Origin: Macrostomum lignano
Lineage: Eukaryota
NCBI GenBank assembly: GCA_002269645.1
Contig: NIVC01000661.1
Location: 206,724 to 270,723 of the forward strand
Direction of reading: 5' to 3'
Length of the DNA stretch: 64,000 nt
Below are positions 35,427 through 48,574 of this stretch, piece by piece (position 1 is the stretch's first letter; every line of letters begins with the position of its first letter). The notes under the pieces are model-generated. The model made no database searches. It was not told where the DNA came from and worked only from the letters and a program-made list of their open reading frames with translations. Made by a program: the position numbers and the translations under genes.

Positions 35427-38400
35427 CTAAGACAGACACTAAGACAGACAGACAGACAGACAGACAGATGCAGGAAGTCCCCAGTCTCAGCACTCAGAGC
35501 CCAGCATTCTGAAGTGTCATCCGGCTTTGAGTCCGCAGTCGCAGCTCTCAGCGCCAAAAAAACAGGCCAGATTCGTCCGCCTGGAATCGAGAGGCCCAGC
35601 GGACTCAGCCAGCGGTATCTCAGCATCTCTAATCGCCTCCCCCGCTTCTCCCGCACCGCTCACTTCTCACTCTTGAGCTCCACTCCCGCGCTAACAGTGC
35701 AGAGCTCATAGAAAATGAACCACCAGCTCAGCTGGCGGGACTCATTCCAAATCGCTCCATCAGCGGCCCACTGCCCAGAAATAGGCGATTTCCTGCCCAG
35801 CAATATTTTGCATTCGGGGCAAACCCGCGGGCAAGCCAGCACGTGGGGACGAACAATTACTTTTTTATATGCATCATCTGCAGCCTCATTGTGGGATGCT
35901 TTTGGGGCTTTTTATTTTTTATATAAAAGCGGATTCTCCATTTTCCCTGGCTTGACTTTTTTGTCTTCTGTTTTAAAACTAAAAATAGGCCATGCTTTAA
36001 TTTAGACCGAACAGACCCAGCAAACAAAGGCCAAGCAGACAAAGGCCATGCAAACAAAGACCAAGAAAGCAAACACCAAGACAACAAAGACCAAGCAACC
36101 AAGCACCAAGCAAACAAAGACCAAGCAGACAAAGACCAAGCAAACAAACACTACGCAAACAAGGACCAAGCAGACAAAGACCAAGCAGACGAAGACCAAG
36201 CAGACGAAGACCACACAAACAAAGACCACGCAGACAAAGACCAAGAAAACAAAAACTAACAAGCAAACAAAGAGCCTCACCTTCAGCCAAGTCGCCCAGC
36301 CCGCACTGGGGCAGTCGGTCCCGACGCGCGCGCAGCCACGTCGCCCAGGTCAAGTTGGCGCCGGCTGCGTCAGCGGGAACCGGCGCCAGTCCGCACGACT
36401 CGCCGCCGGAGTGTACGAAGTCGCAGTCCTTGAAGCGGTCGAGGCGGATCCACTTTGACAGACTGAGAGGCCATTTTTCATTGTGCAACAAAAGAAGAAA
36501 GAAGCGAAGAGAAGAGAGTCCAGAGTCAGCGGAGCGCCCGGAAGAGCCTCATCGGCCTGACAGCTAACAAGGCTCCTTAGTTGAGGCTGGATGGGTATCA
36601 GGTTTCTTCTCCATCCATCTTCTCAAGCGCACCCCTCAGCAGCTCTGCATTCCATATCGTACTTGAATGACAAAAGGGAATCCAAGGCGGGGGGGTGAGG
36701 AGGGCTCTGAGCTCCACCAAGACGCAATCCTGGCTAATTTGCGACTTGAGCTCTCAATTCTTCTTCTAACAATCGAGCGATAGCGCACTGATTAGCATGC
36801 GATGCTGGGCCATTCTTTATCCCCTCATCCTTCATCGAGCGTGTTCTCTGCCCCACCCCAGCCCAGCCAGCTCCATCATTCCCGGGCATTTTAATGGGAG
36901 ACCCGCCTGTGCATGCAGGGTTGAAGCGAGGCGTGGAACCCGAGGTGCTTCTCGCTGTGAAGTGGGGATTTTCTAACCTGAATCCCGAGACCAGCTGAGA
37001 TAAATCTCCCATTAAAGAGGCTGACGTTCGCAATGCCATGCAGTTTCAAGTCAAGTCAAACAGAATCTCAATGTTTTTGTTTCTTGAAAAAACTCCCTCC
37101 CTAAGAACTCAGAAACTCCGAAACTCCCCCAAAAAACTCCGAAACTCCCCCCTCCGAAACTCCCCCAAAACTCCGAAACTCCCCCAAAAAACTCCGAAAC
37201 TCCCCCAAAACTCCGAAACTCCGAAAAACTCCGAAACTCCCCAAAAACTCCGAAACTCCCCAAAAAACTCCAAAACTCCCCTAAAACTCCGAAACTCCCC
37301 CAAAACTCCGAAACTCCCCCAAAAACTCCGAAACTCCCCCAAAAACTCCGAAACTCCCCAAAAAACTCCAAAACTCCCCAAAAACTCCGAAACTCCCCCA
37401 AAAACTCCGAAACTCCCCAAAAAACTCCGAAACTCACCTGAACCAGCTGGCAGACTCGAAGTTCGGCCGCTTGGCCGTGCGACTTCACGGACTTCAACTG
37501 GGGCCGCTTCAGTCTTCGAATGTGCAGCTGAATTCGCCTTGGCGGCCCCTGGCGGCCCGGCTCCGTCAGGAAGGTCAGCGAGTTCGGCCCGAGGCCCAGG
37601 GAGAAATTCGCCACTCTGGGATTGGGATTCGGATTTTTGCAGATTCTGCTTTGAAACAGATACTGTATTTTGGACTACCTGTAGCACCTGTTCACTTCAA
37701 TCACACCTGTTCACTCCCTACCACACCTTGTTCACTCTCAATCACACATGTTCACTCCCAATCACACATGTTCACTCCCAATCACACCTGTTCACTCCTA
37801 ATCACACCTGTTCACTCCCAATCACACCTGTTCACTCCCAATCACACCTGTTCACTCCCAATCACACCTGTTCACTCCTAATCACACCTGTTCACTCCCA
37901 ATCACACCTGTTTACTCCCTACCACACCTTGTTCACTCCCAATCACACCTGTTCTCTCCTAATCACACCTTGTTCACTCCCAATCACATCTGTTCACTCC
38001 TAATCACACCTGTTCACTCTCAATCACACCTGTTCTCTCTCAATCGCACCTGTTCACTCCCAATCACACCTGTTCTCTCTCAATCACACCTGTTCACTCC
38101 CAATCACACCTGTTCTCTCTCAATCACACCTGTTCTCTCTCAATCACACCTGTTCTCTCTCAATCACACCTGTTCTCTCTCAATCACACCTGTTCTCTCT
38201 CAATCACACCTGTTCTCTCCCAATCACACCTGTTCTCTCTCAATCGCACCTGTTCTCTCTCAATCACACCTGTTCTCTCTCAATCACACCTGTTCTCTCT
38301 CAATCACACCTGTTCACTCCAAATCACACCTGTTCTCTCTCAATCACACCTGTTCACTCCCAATCACACCTGTTCACTCCTAATCACACCTGTTCTCTCT

Positions 38401-40267
38401 CAATCACACCTGTTCACTCCCAATCACACCTTGTTCACTCCCAATCACACCTGTTCACTCCTAATCACACCTTGTTCACTCCCAATCACATCTGTTCACT
38501 CCTAATCACACCTCTTCACTCTCAATCACACCTGTTCTCTCTCAATCACACCTGTTCTCTCTCAATCACACCTGTTCTCTCTCAATCACACCTGTTCACT
38601 CCCAATCACACCTTGTTCACTCTCAATCACACCTGTTCTCTCTCAATCGCACCTGTTCTCTCTCAATCACACCTGTTCACTCCCAATCACACCTGTTCAC
38701 TCCTAATCACACCTATTCTCTCTCAATCACACCTGTTCTCTCTCAATCACACCTGTTCTCTCTCAATCACACCTGTTCTCTCTCAATCACACCTGTTCTC
38801 TCTCAATCACACATGTTCTCTCTCAATCACACCTGTTCTCTCTCAATCACACATGTTCTCTCTCAATCACACCTGTTCTCTCTCAATCACACCTGTTCAC
38901 TCCCAATCACACCTGTTCTCTCTCAATCACACCTGTTCACTCCCAATCACACCTGTTCTCTCTCAATCACACCTGTTCTCTCTCAATCGCACCTGTTCTC
39001 TCTCAATCACACCTGTTCTCTCCCAATCACACCTGTTCTCTCTCAATCACACCTGTTCTCTCTCAATCACACCTGTTCTCTCTCAATCGCACCTGTTCTC
39101 TCTCAATCACACATGTTCTCTCTCAATCACACCTGTTCTCTCTCAATCACACCTGTTCTCTCTCAATCACACATGTTCTCTCTCAATCACACCTGTTCTC
39201 TCTCAATCACACATGTTCTCTCTCAATCACACCTGTTCTCTCTCAATCACACCTGTTCACTCCCAATCACACCTGTTCTCTCTCAATCACACCTGTTCAC
39301 TCCCAATCACACCTGTTCTCTCTCAATCACACCTGTTCTCTCTCAATCGCACCTGTTCTCTCTCAATCACACCTGTTCTCTCCCAATCACACCTGTTCTC
39401 TCTCAATCACACCTGTTCTCTCTCAATCACACCTGTTCTCTCTCAATCACACCTGTTCTCTCTCAATCACACCTGTTCTCTCTCAATCACACCTGTTCTC
39501 TCTCAATCACACCTGTTCTCTCTCAATCACACCTGTTCTCTCTCAATCACATCTGTTCTCTCTCAATCACACCTGTTCTCTCTCAATCACACCTGTTCTC
39601 TCTCAATCACACCTGTTCTCTCTCAATCACACCTGTTCTCTCTCAATCACACCTGTTCTCTCTCAATCACACCTGTTCTCTCTCAATCACACATGTTCTC
39701 TCTCAATCACACCTGTTCTCTCTCAATCACACCTGTTCTCTCTCAATCACACCTGTTCTCTCTCAATCACACCTGTTCTCTCTCAATCACACCTGTTCTC
39801 TCTCAATCACACCTGTTCTCTCTCAATCACACCTGTTCTCTCTCAATCACACCTGTTCTCTCTCAATCACACATGTTCTCTCTCAATCACACCTGTTCAC
39901 TCTCAATCACACCTGTTCACTCTCAATCACACCTGTTCTCTCTCAATCACACATGTTCTCTCTCAATCACACCTGTTCACTCTAAATCACACCTGTTCTC
40001 TCTCAATCACACCTGTTCACTCCAAATCACACCTGTTCTCTCTCAATCACACCTGTTCTCTCTCAATCACACCTGTTCACTCCAAATCGCACCTGTTTAG
40101 TGTCAAGCTTCCCAAAGGCTGAACTCACCTGGAAGTCAAACTGACATCTCCGTGACTAATTCGACAATCAATTGCGCTGTCATCCTCCAGAAGAAAGTTC
40201 ACCTGAATGTACAGGATGTGAAACGGCGCCCGCAGGTTGTAAACGTCTGGTGGGGAGTCTCCTGCCT
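28722..40267 (-). CDS. CPED1: CPED1-like cadherin-like and PC-esterase (SGNH-type) domain protein; exons 40267-40129, 37645-37438, 36428-36281, 35289-35150, 34521-34304, 33750-33631, 29070-28722
   Basis: In-phase spliced product has [10 protein letters not shown] (cadherin-like sandwich), CQLVQ|[83 protein letters not shown] and FEVDGDIH, all in the order recalled for CPED1. The acceptors at 36428 and 37645 were chosen by phase. Confidence 0.88.
29135..30690. repeat. Intronic minisatellite, 23-bp unit gtgtctatggcctgtctgttatg
   Basis: Direct tandem copies. Confidence 0.95.
31390..33395. repeat. About 2-kb polypurine/polypyrimidine minisatellite, 15-bp unit gagaggggagaagga
   Basis: Almost exclusively A/G on the + strand. 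Confidence 0.96.
33845..37435. repeat. Series of intronic arrays in the CPED1-like gene: 33845-34235 (cccgaattatcccaca), 34785-35015 (ctgacatactgacact), 35330-35468 (GACA), 36010-36270 (aaagaccaagcagac), 37110-37435 (aaactccgaaactccccc)
   Basis: Direct tandem copies between the mapped exons. Confidence 0.9.
37685..40095. repeat. Intronic minisatellite, 20-bp unit caatcacacctgttctctct
   Basis: About 2.4 kb of direct tandem copies filling almost the whole intron. Confidence 0.96.
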
Positions 40268-40849
40268 CTGCAATTTATTTACGGGGTTGCAGAGATCGCA
40301 GCTGAGATATCGGTAATCAGTTTTTATGAGCCATCCATTATTATTACATGTACGCACAGGCCAGCAGGGGGTCTTTCATCATTCTTCATTGCTGTATGGG
40401 GACTGCGGGCTCGCATGAGCGCCTGACCTGGGAGGCAATAAAAACCACCGGGGGCCCCACAAGATAGCTCACGTTGCATACTTTTTTATCGCTTAGACCC
40501 GCTGGTCAGACTTGGTCGCTTCGTTTTTTTACTAGGGAAGAAAATGAAGGTTGATATAGGGAATGAGGGACTTTTATCCCAAATCATAACTAGCCTTGCG
40601 AGGATAATGTAGAGAACTATTTTGAGCATGTTGCTGGAGCAGCTCATAAAAAAAACAGATTGAGAGAACACAGTTTTACCATTTAAACTTTATGAACTTT
40701 TTCGGACTCTGGGGACATTAAAAGCCATTTTCTGACTCTGAACCGTTTTTATGAGAACCGAAGAGATAAGACTGCCTAACTTCAAAAAATCTCTATCACC
40801 AACCAATATATTTCATGTATTAATTTATAGAGAAGGTTCCTCGCTCTCC

Positions 40850-41320
40850 GCTCATCTGATTGGCTGTTCATTCAGATCTCTGCCCCAGTCGCTCATTGCG
40901 TCTCTCTCCCCGCATATCTGATTGGCTGTTCATTCAGATCTCTGCCCCAGTCGCTCATTGCGTCTCTCTCCCCGCTTATCTGATTGGCTGTTAATTCAGA
41001 TCTCTGCCCCAGTCGCTCAGTGTCTCTCTCCCTGCTTATCTGATTGGCTGTTCAATCAGATCTCTGCCCCAGTCACTCATTGCGTCTCTCTCCCCGCTTA
41101 TCTGATTGGCTGTTCAATCAGATCTCTGCCCCAGTCGCTCATTGCGTCTCTCTCCCCGCTTATCTGACTGGCTGTTCATTCAGATCTCTGCCCCAGTCGC
41201 TCAGTGTCTCTCTCCCTGCTTATCTGATTGGCTGTTCATTCAGATCTCTGCCCCAGTCGCTCATTGCGTCTCTCTCCCCGCTTATCTGATTGGCTGTTCA
41301 TTCAGATCTCTGCCCCAGTC
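40850..41320. repeat. About 60-bp tandem repeat, ~8 copies, each with tctga(t/c)tggctg
   Basis: Direct copies; most contain an inverted CCAAT box. Confidence 0.92.
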
Positions 41321-43683
41321 GCGCGCTGTCTCTTTTAATTTATCACTCATTCTGATTGGCTATCGCCAAGCCTTTAAAAATAGACAGAGTCTGGACAGTG
41401 ATCTTTGACCTAGTTTTTGTTCAAACTATCGCATTCAAAGTGTGCATTAAGCAACCTACATATTTATTTCTGTCTTGGAGAATTGGAACTAATAAACGAT
41501 GCAATCCTAAAAACGTTTTTAAAGCGTATGAGCTTTGTGTCAGCAAGCACACAGCCTCGGCAATTGTAAGAATTAGGAATGTACGAGAAGTACGTATAGA
41601 ACTAATAGAAGTCGGGAGCGCACAGTGCTGACAAGAGTGTGGGAGATCACCTCTCTCCGCGACTGTGAGTGCTCCCCGCCGTGCCCACTCGAAAACTACT
41701 CTCTCTTTGAGTTCATTGGCCTATATATTTTGGCTGGTGCAAGCTGCTCAAGTAGGGAGCGAGAGGCAGAGACAGAGAGGCCGATGCTGCACAGGGGGTG
41801 CTCAAGTTCAGCGTGAGTCCCCGCCCCCTCAGCAGCAGCAGCAGCAGCAAAATCTCTTCACTGTTCCCGCAAGCAAAGGGTGTCGCAGCTTTTAATGGGG
41901 TTTTTAGTCACCCGGACAGAGAAGGGGTGGTCGCGTCTCCCCTCCCTCTTCCTCATCACACTACTGCTGTCGCCTGGGTTTTTCTGTCATTCTCCCCATC
42001 TCTTCTCGCACCCTCATTTCCTATTTTATTCTGAGCAGGACTCCCAAGAGTTCGCCGTTTGTGTCCCACGGCCGCGAAAGAATTTTCTATTCTATTATGG
42101 GGAATCTTTGCTGGCGAGCCCAGCAGCTTATATGAGTGGTTGTGGAATTCTATTGATGTAAACAAAGTGCCTCTGCCACGGTCACCGGTAGTAGCAGCTC
42201 CTTTTTGTGAACTTTTAAAAGCTCCCTGCAGTTGTAAAAAAAGTTCAGAGCTCTTTGAATCAAAGTATGATTTCTTCAAAGTCGTCAATCTTATTGCGAG
42301 CTCCTGTCGCATCGATCCGATTCATGGAGCCGCTGCAGTCACCTGTAGATTCTGCGGAAGCAAACAGAGCCGGCCGCGGATACAACTTCCTCTGCATTAT
42401 TCTTGCTCACAGAAGCTGACACGCGGATGGGAGGCGACTTCCGCTCGACCCAGTGGATTTATGACACTTTTCCCTGTCACTTTCCTTCCCTCTTCCCGTC
42501 CCGTGCCGTGCCTTCCATTTCCCGTGGCTCGCTTCTAGCATTATAGATCGCAGAGCTACTGCGTCATTCTCCTTCATCAAAGCTGCTGGGAAATGCAATC
42601 ATCATCTGCTCACACTTGTGCAAGGGGTTTGATTCGATTTCTCTGTCTATCAGTCCCGGCTGCGCCCGGGTTAGCAAAAGCAACACCTTTTAGCTATGGT
42701 TGCAGTTCCTCTTCCCCCCGCAGCCGTGCCGTTTGCCTCCATCAAATTTGCTCTCGCGCCTGCTTGGTGGCGGCGCTGTTGGTGACAGCTTTTTTCCCTG
42801 TTGCTTACGTCGCCTTTCCCACGGGCTTGGATGGACAAAAAAGCCGAGCGACGAATGAGAAGGGGGGAGCTGAGCGCTTGTCCGTGTGTGTGTGTGTGTG
42901 AGAGTGAGGCACAGATACAGATGCACTGACGTGTGTCATCTGGCCCTCATCCCACCGCTTGCCAGCTACGCCTGTTTGGCCCATTGGCCTCCCAGCTCCG
43001 CTCCGCCAAAAACCGCGGGACGCGCGCCGGCCTCGCACTGACATCCTGCGGCCCAGCCTCTATTTCCTTCTAGTTTAGCCTTCAGCAACCACCCCCCCCC
43101 CCGCGATTCCGAAACCGCATGTCTTCTGTTCTCGTCTCTGCCTGTCTCTCTAGGGAAGGCCAGCGAGATGGTAGGGAGACAGACAGACAGACAGACAGAG
43201 TCAGCTCTCCGAGTCCAACCTCCCATCTCCTCCGGCTCGGGCCGCTCTATCCCCTTAGCCTCATCATGAGACCCTGCTCTGGACGCTGAGCTGTTGTTGA
43301 AAGAAGAGAGGGCGAAGGCCATCCAAAGCCTGTTGAAGAGTCGAAGCTGGCTCGCTTCGAGCCCGCGGGATGAGAATTCAAGCCAGCTTCCCAACCCCGG
43401 ATGGGAATTCTGGTGTCAACTTTCCGGGGCAGGCGAGCGAGAGCTGGCCGCCTCTCCACCAGCGCGCGCGCGGACAAGTGGGACTCTCGCTTGGTCTGGG
43501 CGGGGCCTGGCGGCAACCCCGAGAATGGCAAAATATTATTTATTATGCATGTACGACCCTCAGTGGGACCTTGTCAAGACACGATTGAGAGCTGAAGGCT
43601 TTGGGGAAGCTGCAGACGGTGAAGATTATTATTGGCAAAGTCTTTGGCCTTCTCGGGTTTCGAAAAAACTTCACCTGCTCAAG

Positions 43684-44063
<380 letters not shown>

Positions 44064-44460
44064 ACCCTGAGATAAGCAAGCAGCACATTCCATGGTACCA
44101 TCATAGGGAGAAATAGGGACGGAGAGCCACAGGGAGAAATGGTAGGGAGGGATTGCCCCCCAGTTTTTTCGCCGGCCGGATTCAGCTATTTTTCTTGCTC
44201 CATCACGCAGAGGCTCTGAGGAAGAGCAGTGCTGGAGCTGAAAAAGGATAAGGAAGGAGGAGTCCGCTGTGTCGCAAAAGTGCAGCACAAGAAGTCAAGG
44301 GAGCTCGGGCTGTATGAGTAAATGCTTATGCACGAGCACAGACACGCATGCACTCTCGCAAAATGCATGTCTAAGTGCCGCATTTAAATTAAGAGTCCCG
44401 CAATAATTTGGTACTTGGCTTCGTCTGTGCCATTAGTGTACTTTAAATAAGTTTCACTCA

Positions 44461-44957
44461 CCCGCGGGAGTGCAGTTGACCGGCAGCCTCAGAGACAAGT
44501 GGTCGCTGCCGAGGCTGTAGCTGCTGATGCCTCCTCCGGTTAGTTTGGGCGCCCGGAGACGCAGTGGTCTGGCTGGATAGAGCAGCGGCACCTGCAGTGG
44601 GATGGGGATTAACCGGTTTGGATGCAAAATGCGTTTATAGCTTTGAGTTGGAAAAATCCGCTGGATGACAACCGATTGCTTGAGAGAGACTAGCTGAGGA
44701 CACCTAGCAGTTTGAGGTTTGCCTATAGGGTGTCCATAGTCTCCTGGTGCCACCTGTTGAATGTCAAGAAGCTCCGCTTGGGTGAAGGCCAGTGACCAAC
44801 GAAGTCCGAGCTGATGCAGACACACGTAGTCGACGTGCTGATGTAATTTGGAGGCTTGGCAAGGCTGCACTGAGGAGCAGTGCTGATTGGCACTGGTGCT
44901 TATGGGAAAATCCGACCTTTGAGCAGAAGTGTTGAATTTCTCGACGGACCGGAGGGC
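44461..44957 (-). CDS. Probable upstream exon of the CPED1-like gene
   Basis: About 500 bp open frame between ctctaacag| and cgcgg|gtgagt. Its phase-1 end fits the phase-1 acceptor at 40267; includes VVIQRIFPT. Homology not confirmed. Confidence 0.45.
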
Positions 44958-45826
44958 TGTTAGAGAAGGTGCGCAACAAAAGTTAGCTCGTGTTTTTTAA
45001 TTTCGTGTGCCTGCGTTGCTCCGCAGCAAAAATGCCAGTTGGTAGTTCTAGTGTTACAGGGATTTTCGGGGATTTGTGGGAGAATTCCGGAGATAAGGGG
45101 AAATTTTTAGTATGTGAACAGTTCTCTGCTTTCGACAAGCTAAATTTTCGGTTATACTTGAAAGCGACCCACAGACTGACATCACCAATCAGCTTGACAA
45201 ACCCCCCCATCAGCAACTGTAACTGAGCCGCTAGTTTCGACTCAAACCTCCCCTCCAACATGGAGAGCCTCTTGGAGTGAGTCGATAGCTGTCCCAATTT
45301 TCTGCTCCAACGGACCGCCCCAGTTGTCCCCCCCCGGCAGGCATTGCTAAACACCCTCTGCGCAGAATCCCCCCTCCCTTGGTTTTTTTATCCTCACGAG
45401 ACGAAGAAGAAGGAAAAGGGCGGAAACTTAAAACCAGAGCCGACTCTCCGCGGATCTTTTACAGTCGATTAGCGGCGGCTGGCAGAGGAACGACATGCAT
45501 GCTGAGCCAGTTCAAGCGAGAAACGAGAATGAAAAAGAGAGATAGATGCCCCTGTTCGCTTGATCCAGCGCGTCTCCTTTTGAAACATTGATTTTTTCGT
45601 GTTGTTTTACATCCAAACTGCAAACAGTTCTTTTGATTGATTCACGCTAAGCGGACTGGAAAAGAGGAGCTCCAACTGCAATTCCTGCTAGTGTCTGGCT
45701 TGTACATTATTAGTCCAAAACCAGCCGTGCGAGCAGTGTACACGTTCAGAGTATCTTTGATGTACGCAAGACTTGGAGCTTGGCCGATTTTTCTATCCCT
45801 AACAAGCCCACCTCACGCCGCAGCAT

Positions 45827-45836
45827 GACCAATCAG
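45827..45836 (+). promoter_or_regulatory. Candidate CCAAT box upstream of the contactin-like ORF
   Basis: gaccaatcag about 115 bp upstream of the ATG at 45949; function is inferred. Confidence 0.35.
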
Positions 45837-45948
45837 CAGTCTGGCCTCTCCCTAGAGTTTAAAACGCATTCTGTTAAAGCCAGAGTCAGTGATTCAGAGT
45901 TTTACCATCCAACTGAGTTCAGTTCAAGCTATCTTTTTTTAAGCTGAA

Positions 45949-47895
45949 ATGCGAGAAGCTCCACCGCTGCCGCTACTGATTGCACTGCTAGCATTTGCAG
46001 CTGGCAGTCAAACTGAATCAGGCGCAGTGCCGCCCTTTCAATGCCCCGGCACCGGCTGGCATGTCTACAGTGATTGGCACGAGACCACCTGCCTGAAGTT
46101 GATGCCAAATCCGATGCTTTTAGACGAGGCGTTGCGTACGTGTTTCGAGTCAAGATCTCGGCTACTATCGTTTCAGCACAAGCACTCCAAGGTACAGTTT
46201 GTTAACGATCTTATCATCGCGGCGAATCCCAGCGAGAGTCACCGCGGTCAATGGCTTTTCGATCCACTGGGAATCGACCAGAGGCTCGTGAAGCAGCCGC
46301 ACCACCCAGAGGCTCGCTGGCTGCTGCTCCGTCCCAACGTTGACTCGTCGAAAATCGAGTTGCTGGCAAACACCACCGCCGTGCCGAGAAATTTCGTCTG
46401 CGAGGCGCCAGCGCGACCGGCGCAGCAGCGGCCCCAGATCGAGCGCGAACCAGAGGATGCCTTTGTTACGGAAGACCTGCTAGTTCCAACAACCGGCACC
46501 AAGTCTTCACCGTTTGTCGTCACATTTAATTGTCAGGCATTCGGCTTGCCGAAGCCAACAGTCTCGTGGACTCTTGTCAGCGACGAGGACCAACTGGAGT
46601 TCTCTTTGCAGCCAATCAATGCCACTGTTGTTCACAGCCCGAGACTGCCGATCGACCAGCCTGGTGTCAACTTGCGGAGACTTCTGTTCTATAATCTTCA
46701 GCGCGACTGCAAGCGCGAGCTCTGCCCGACTGACGGCATCCAGGAGAGCAGCCAACTGATCGTTGTCAACGCACAGCTGCTGCTGGCAGACAGCCACAAG
46801 AGGCCGCCTAGAGTTGCCTGCATCGCTGCAAACAGTTACGGCTCGGTGCTGAGCAGGGAGGCGCAGCTGATGGCCACTCGGCTGGGCCACTTTTCCAGCC
46901 AGTCCGTTGAGGTGTTCGCCACCGTTGGCCAGCCGGTCGTGACTTCAAATGCCATCGCCGTGAAGCCGGACGCTGCGTCAATTGAGTGCTTTCTCACGAT
47001 CGATGGTGAAAAGGCCCAGGATCGAGTCGACCTGATCCCGATGGAGGCGGTGAACCAGGCCACTCGCGGCGGTCTGCAACTAAGCCGAGCCAAGTTCGAC
47101 TTCATCGTCGATTCCTCGTGGAGTCAGGGCGAAGAGCGATATCTGTGTCAAGTCAGCTTGCCTAACGGCCGTCTGGGTCACGTGACTCGAGAGCGAACGC
47201 TCCTCATCAACTACAAGCCGTGCCAGCCTCCCGAGTGCAACCTGGCCTTCAAGCCCGTGTCCGTGGTACCCGGCTACCCTGCTGTGCTTTCAATGAACCC
47301 CTACAGCAGTCAGCTCATCCGCCACGGGGACAGCTTCCTGCTCGAGTGCCCCTGCACCGGCAAGCGGCATCCGGCTGAAGAGCTGCTCGTAGAATGGAAA
47401 CTCAACAATGGTGCCAATATTGAGGCTTTGGCACTGCCAACTTTGCCCCAAGGCTCCGTTCTGCTTTTGTCTGGGGCGGACAGCCTTCGGCACAGCGGCC
47501 TGTACGCCTGCCGCTGCCACCGAGGTGCGACCGCCTCCGACTGGCGCTCCGTACAAGTCAATGTCCTGCCATCGCTGACGCCGAGTCAGTGGACTCGTGA
47601 ACCGCTGCTCCGAGTTCGGGCTGGAAAGAATTTTAGTCTCAATTGCAAAGTGGACTCCGTCAAGGACATTGTGTCAGTGTCCGTCCAGCCTCTAAGAAAC
47701 ACTCGACCGATAGTGAGATCGGAACGGATCCAGCTGAACCAGCCCAGCGCTGGCCGATTCAGACTGAGCATCTTCAACGTTACTGTGGAGGACGCGGGTC
47801 TGCTCGGTTGCCGAGTTGCTGCGAACTACAGTGCCGGCTACCTAGACGTGAACACCTACTATGTGGCGCTGATGGTGGAGGCTGGTATCTCCTAA
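45949..47895 (+). CDS. Contactin-like cell-surface or secreted protein: signal peptide, C-type lectin domain, about four Ig domains (648 aa ORF)
   Basis: N-terminal hydrophobic stretch PLLIALLAFAAG. CTL signature CPGTGW...TCLKL...C...LLS...W...NFVCE. Ig motifs VTFNCQAFGLPKPTVSW...CIAANSYG, YLCQV, LECPC..VEWK..HSGLYACRC and FSLNCKV...EDAGLLGCRV. CTL followed by Ig is the known architecture of invertebrate contactins. Confidence 0.8.
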   Translation: MREAPPLPLLIALLAFAAGSQTESGAVPPFQCPGTGWHVYSDWHETTCLKLMPNPMLLDEALRTCFESRSRLLSFQHKHSKVQFVNDLIIAANPSESHRGQWLFDPLGIDQRLVKQPHHPEARWLLLRPNVDSSKIELLANTTAVPRNFVCEAPARPAQQRPQIEREPEDAFVTEDLLVPTTGTKSSPFVVTFNCQAFGLPKPTVSWTLVSDEDQLEFSLQPINATVVHSPRLPIDQPGVNLRRLLFYNLQRDCKRELCPTDGIQESSQLIVVNAQLLLADSHKRPPRVACIAANSYGSVLSREAQLMATRLGHFSSQSVEVFATVGQPVVTSNAIAVKPDAASIECFLTIDGEKAQDRVDLIPMEAVNQATRGGLQLSRAKFDFIVDSSWSQGEERYLCQVSLPNGRLGHVTRERTLLINYKPCQPPECNLAFKPVSVVPGYPAVLSMNPYSSQLIRHGDSFLLECPCTGKRHPAEELLVEWKLNNGANIEALALPTLPQGSVLLLSGADSLRHSGLYACRCHRGATASDWRSVQVNVLPSLTPSQWTREPLLRVRAGKNFSLNCKVDSVKDIVSVSVQPLRNTRPIVRSERIQLNQPSAGRFRLSIFNVTVEDAGLLGCRVAANYSAGYLDVNTYYVALMVEAGIS

Positions 47896-48574
47896 TAACT
47901 CTTGTAGCGTTTCAGTAAATCTCTAGGATACTCTTTGAAACAAAATAAATAATGAAAAAACTAAATTCTTGCTCTAATATTCTAAATTAGCTTACGTTTG
48001 TTGGTTCCGCGCAAGGTAAAAGTGCAGCCGAGGCGACGATAGCCACCACAGCCAGTCTCAGCGCACGATCGGTTGTTTGTTTGCTAAACATATTTTCTTA
48101 TTTAACTTCAGTAGGTCGATATAAAAGTTAATCTAAGCTATAGATGTCGCACAGTTCACATTGATTTAGCTGAGAATGCAACTCCAGTACAAGCTAACTC
48201 GCTCAAACTTGGGTCAGCATCCGTGTTGTATTTTATACTGTCTTCCAGCCCCATCAGAATCACATCTTCTATCTGTGTGGCGCTTCGCCTCATCCAACTG
48301 TCCAGTTGGCAGATCTGATTGGCTGGAAGATTGCTCAGCCAATGAGCAGCTCAGGTTTGCATTATGAATACCTTTTCGCGCTCAGGAGGGCAAAAAATGA
48401 TTGTTTCATTGCAAAACGAAATAATAAATGCATACGCTCGTAATGTAAGATGCATGACTTTCGAATGCAGACACCGCAAAACTGAGCTGCTGATGAACTG
48501 AGAGGGCAAACGAATGACAGTGAATTTATTCATGGGTTAGTTTTTGGTGTGTAGACTGAGGCTTCATGAAGACG

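Noticed and set aside
37970-40100. His/Ser/Thr-rich ORFs of 390-542 aa
   Set aside because: Translations of the 20-bp intronic array.
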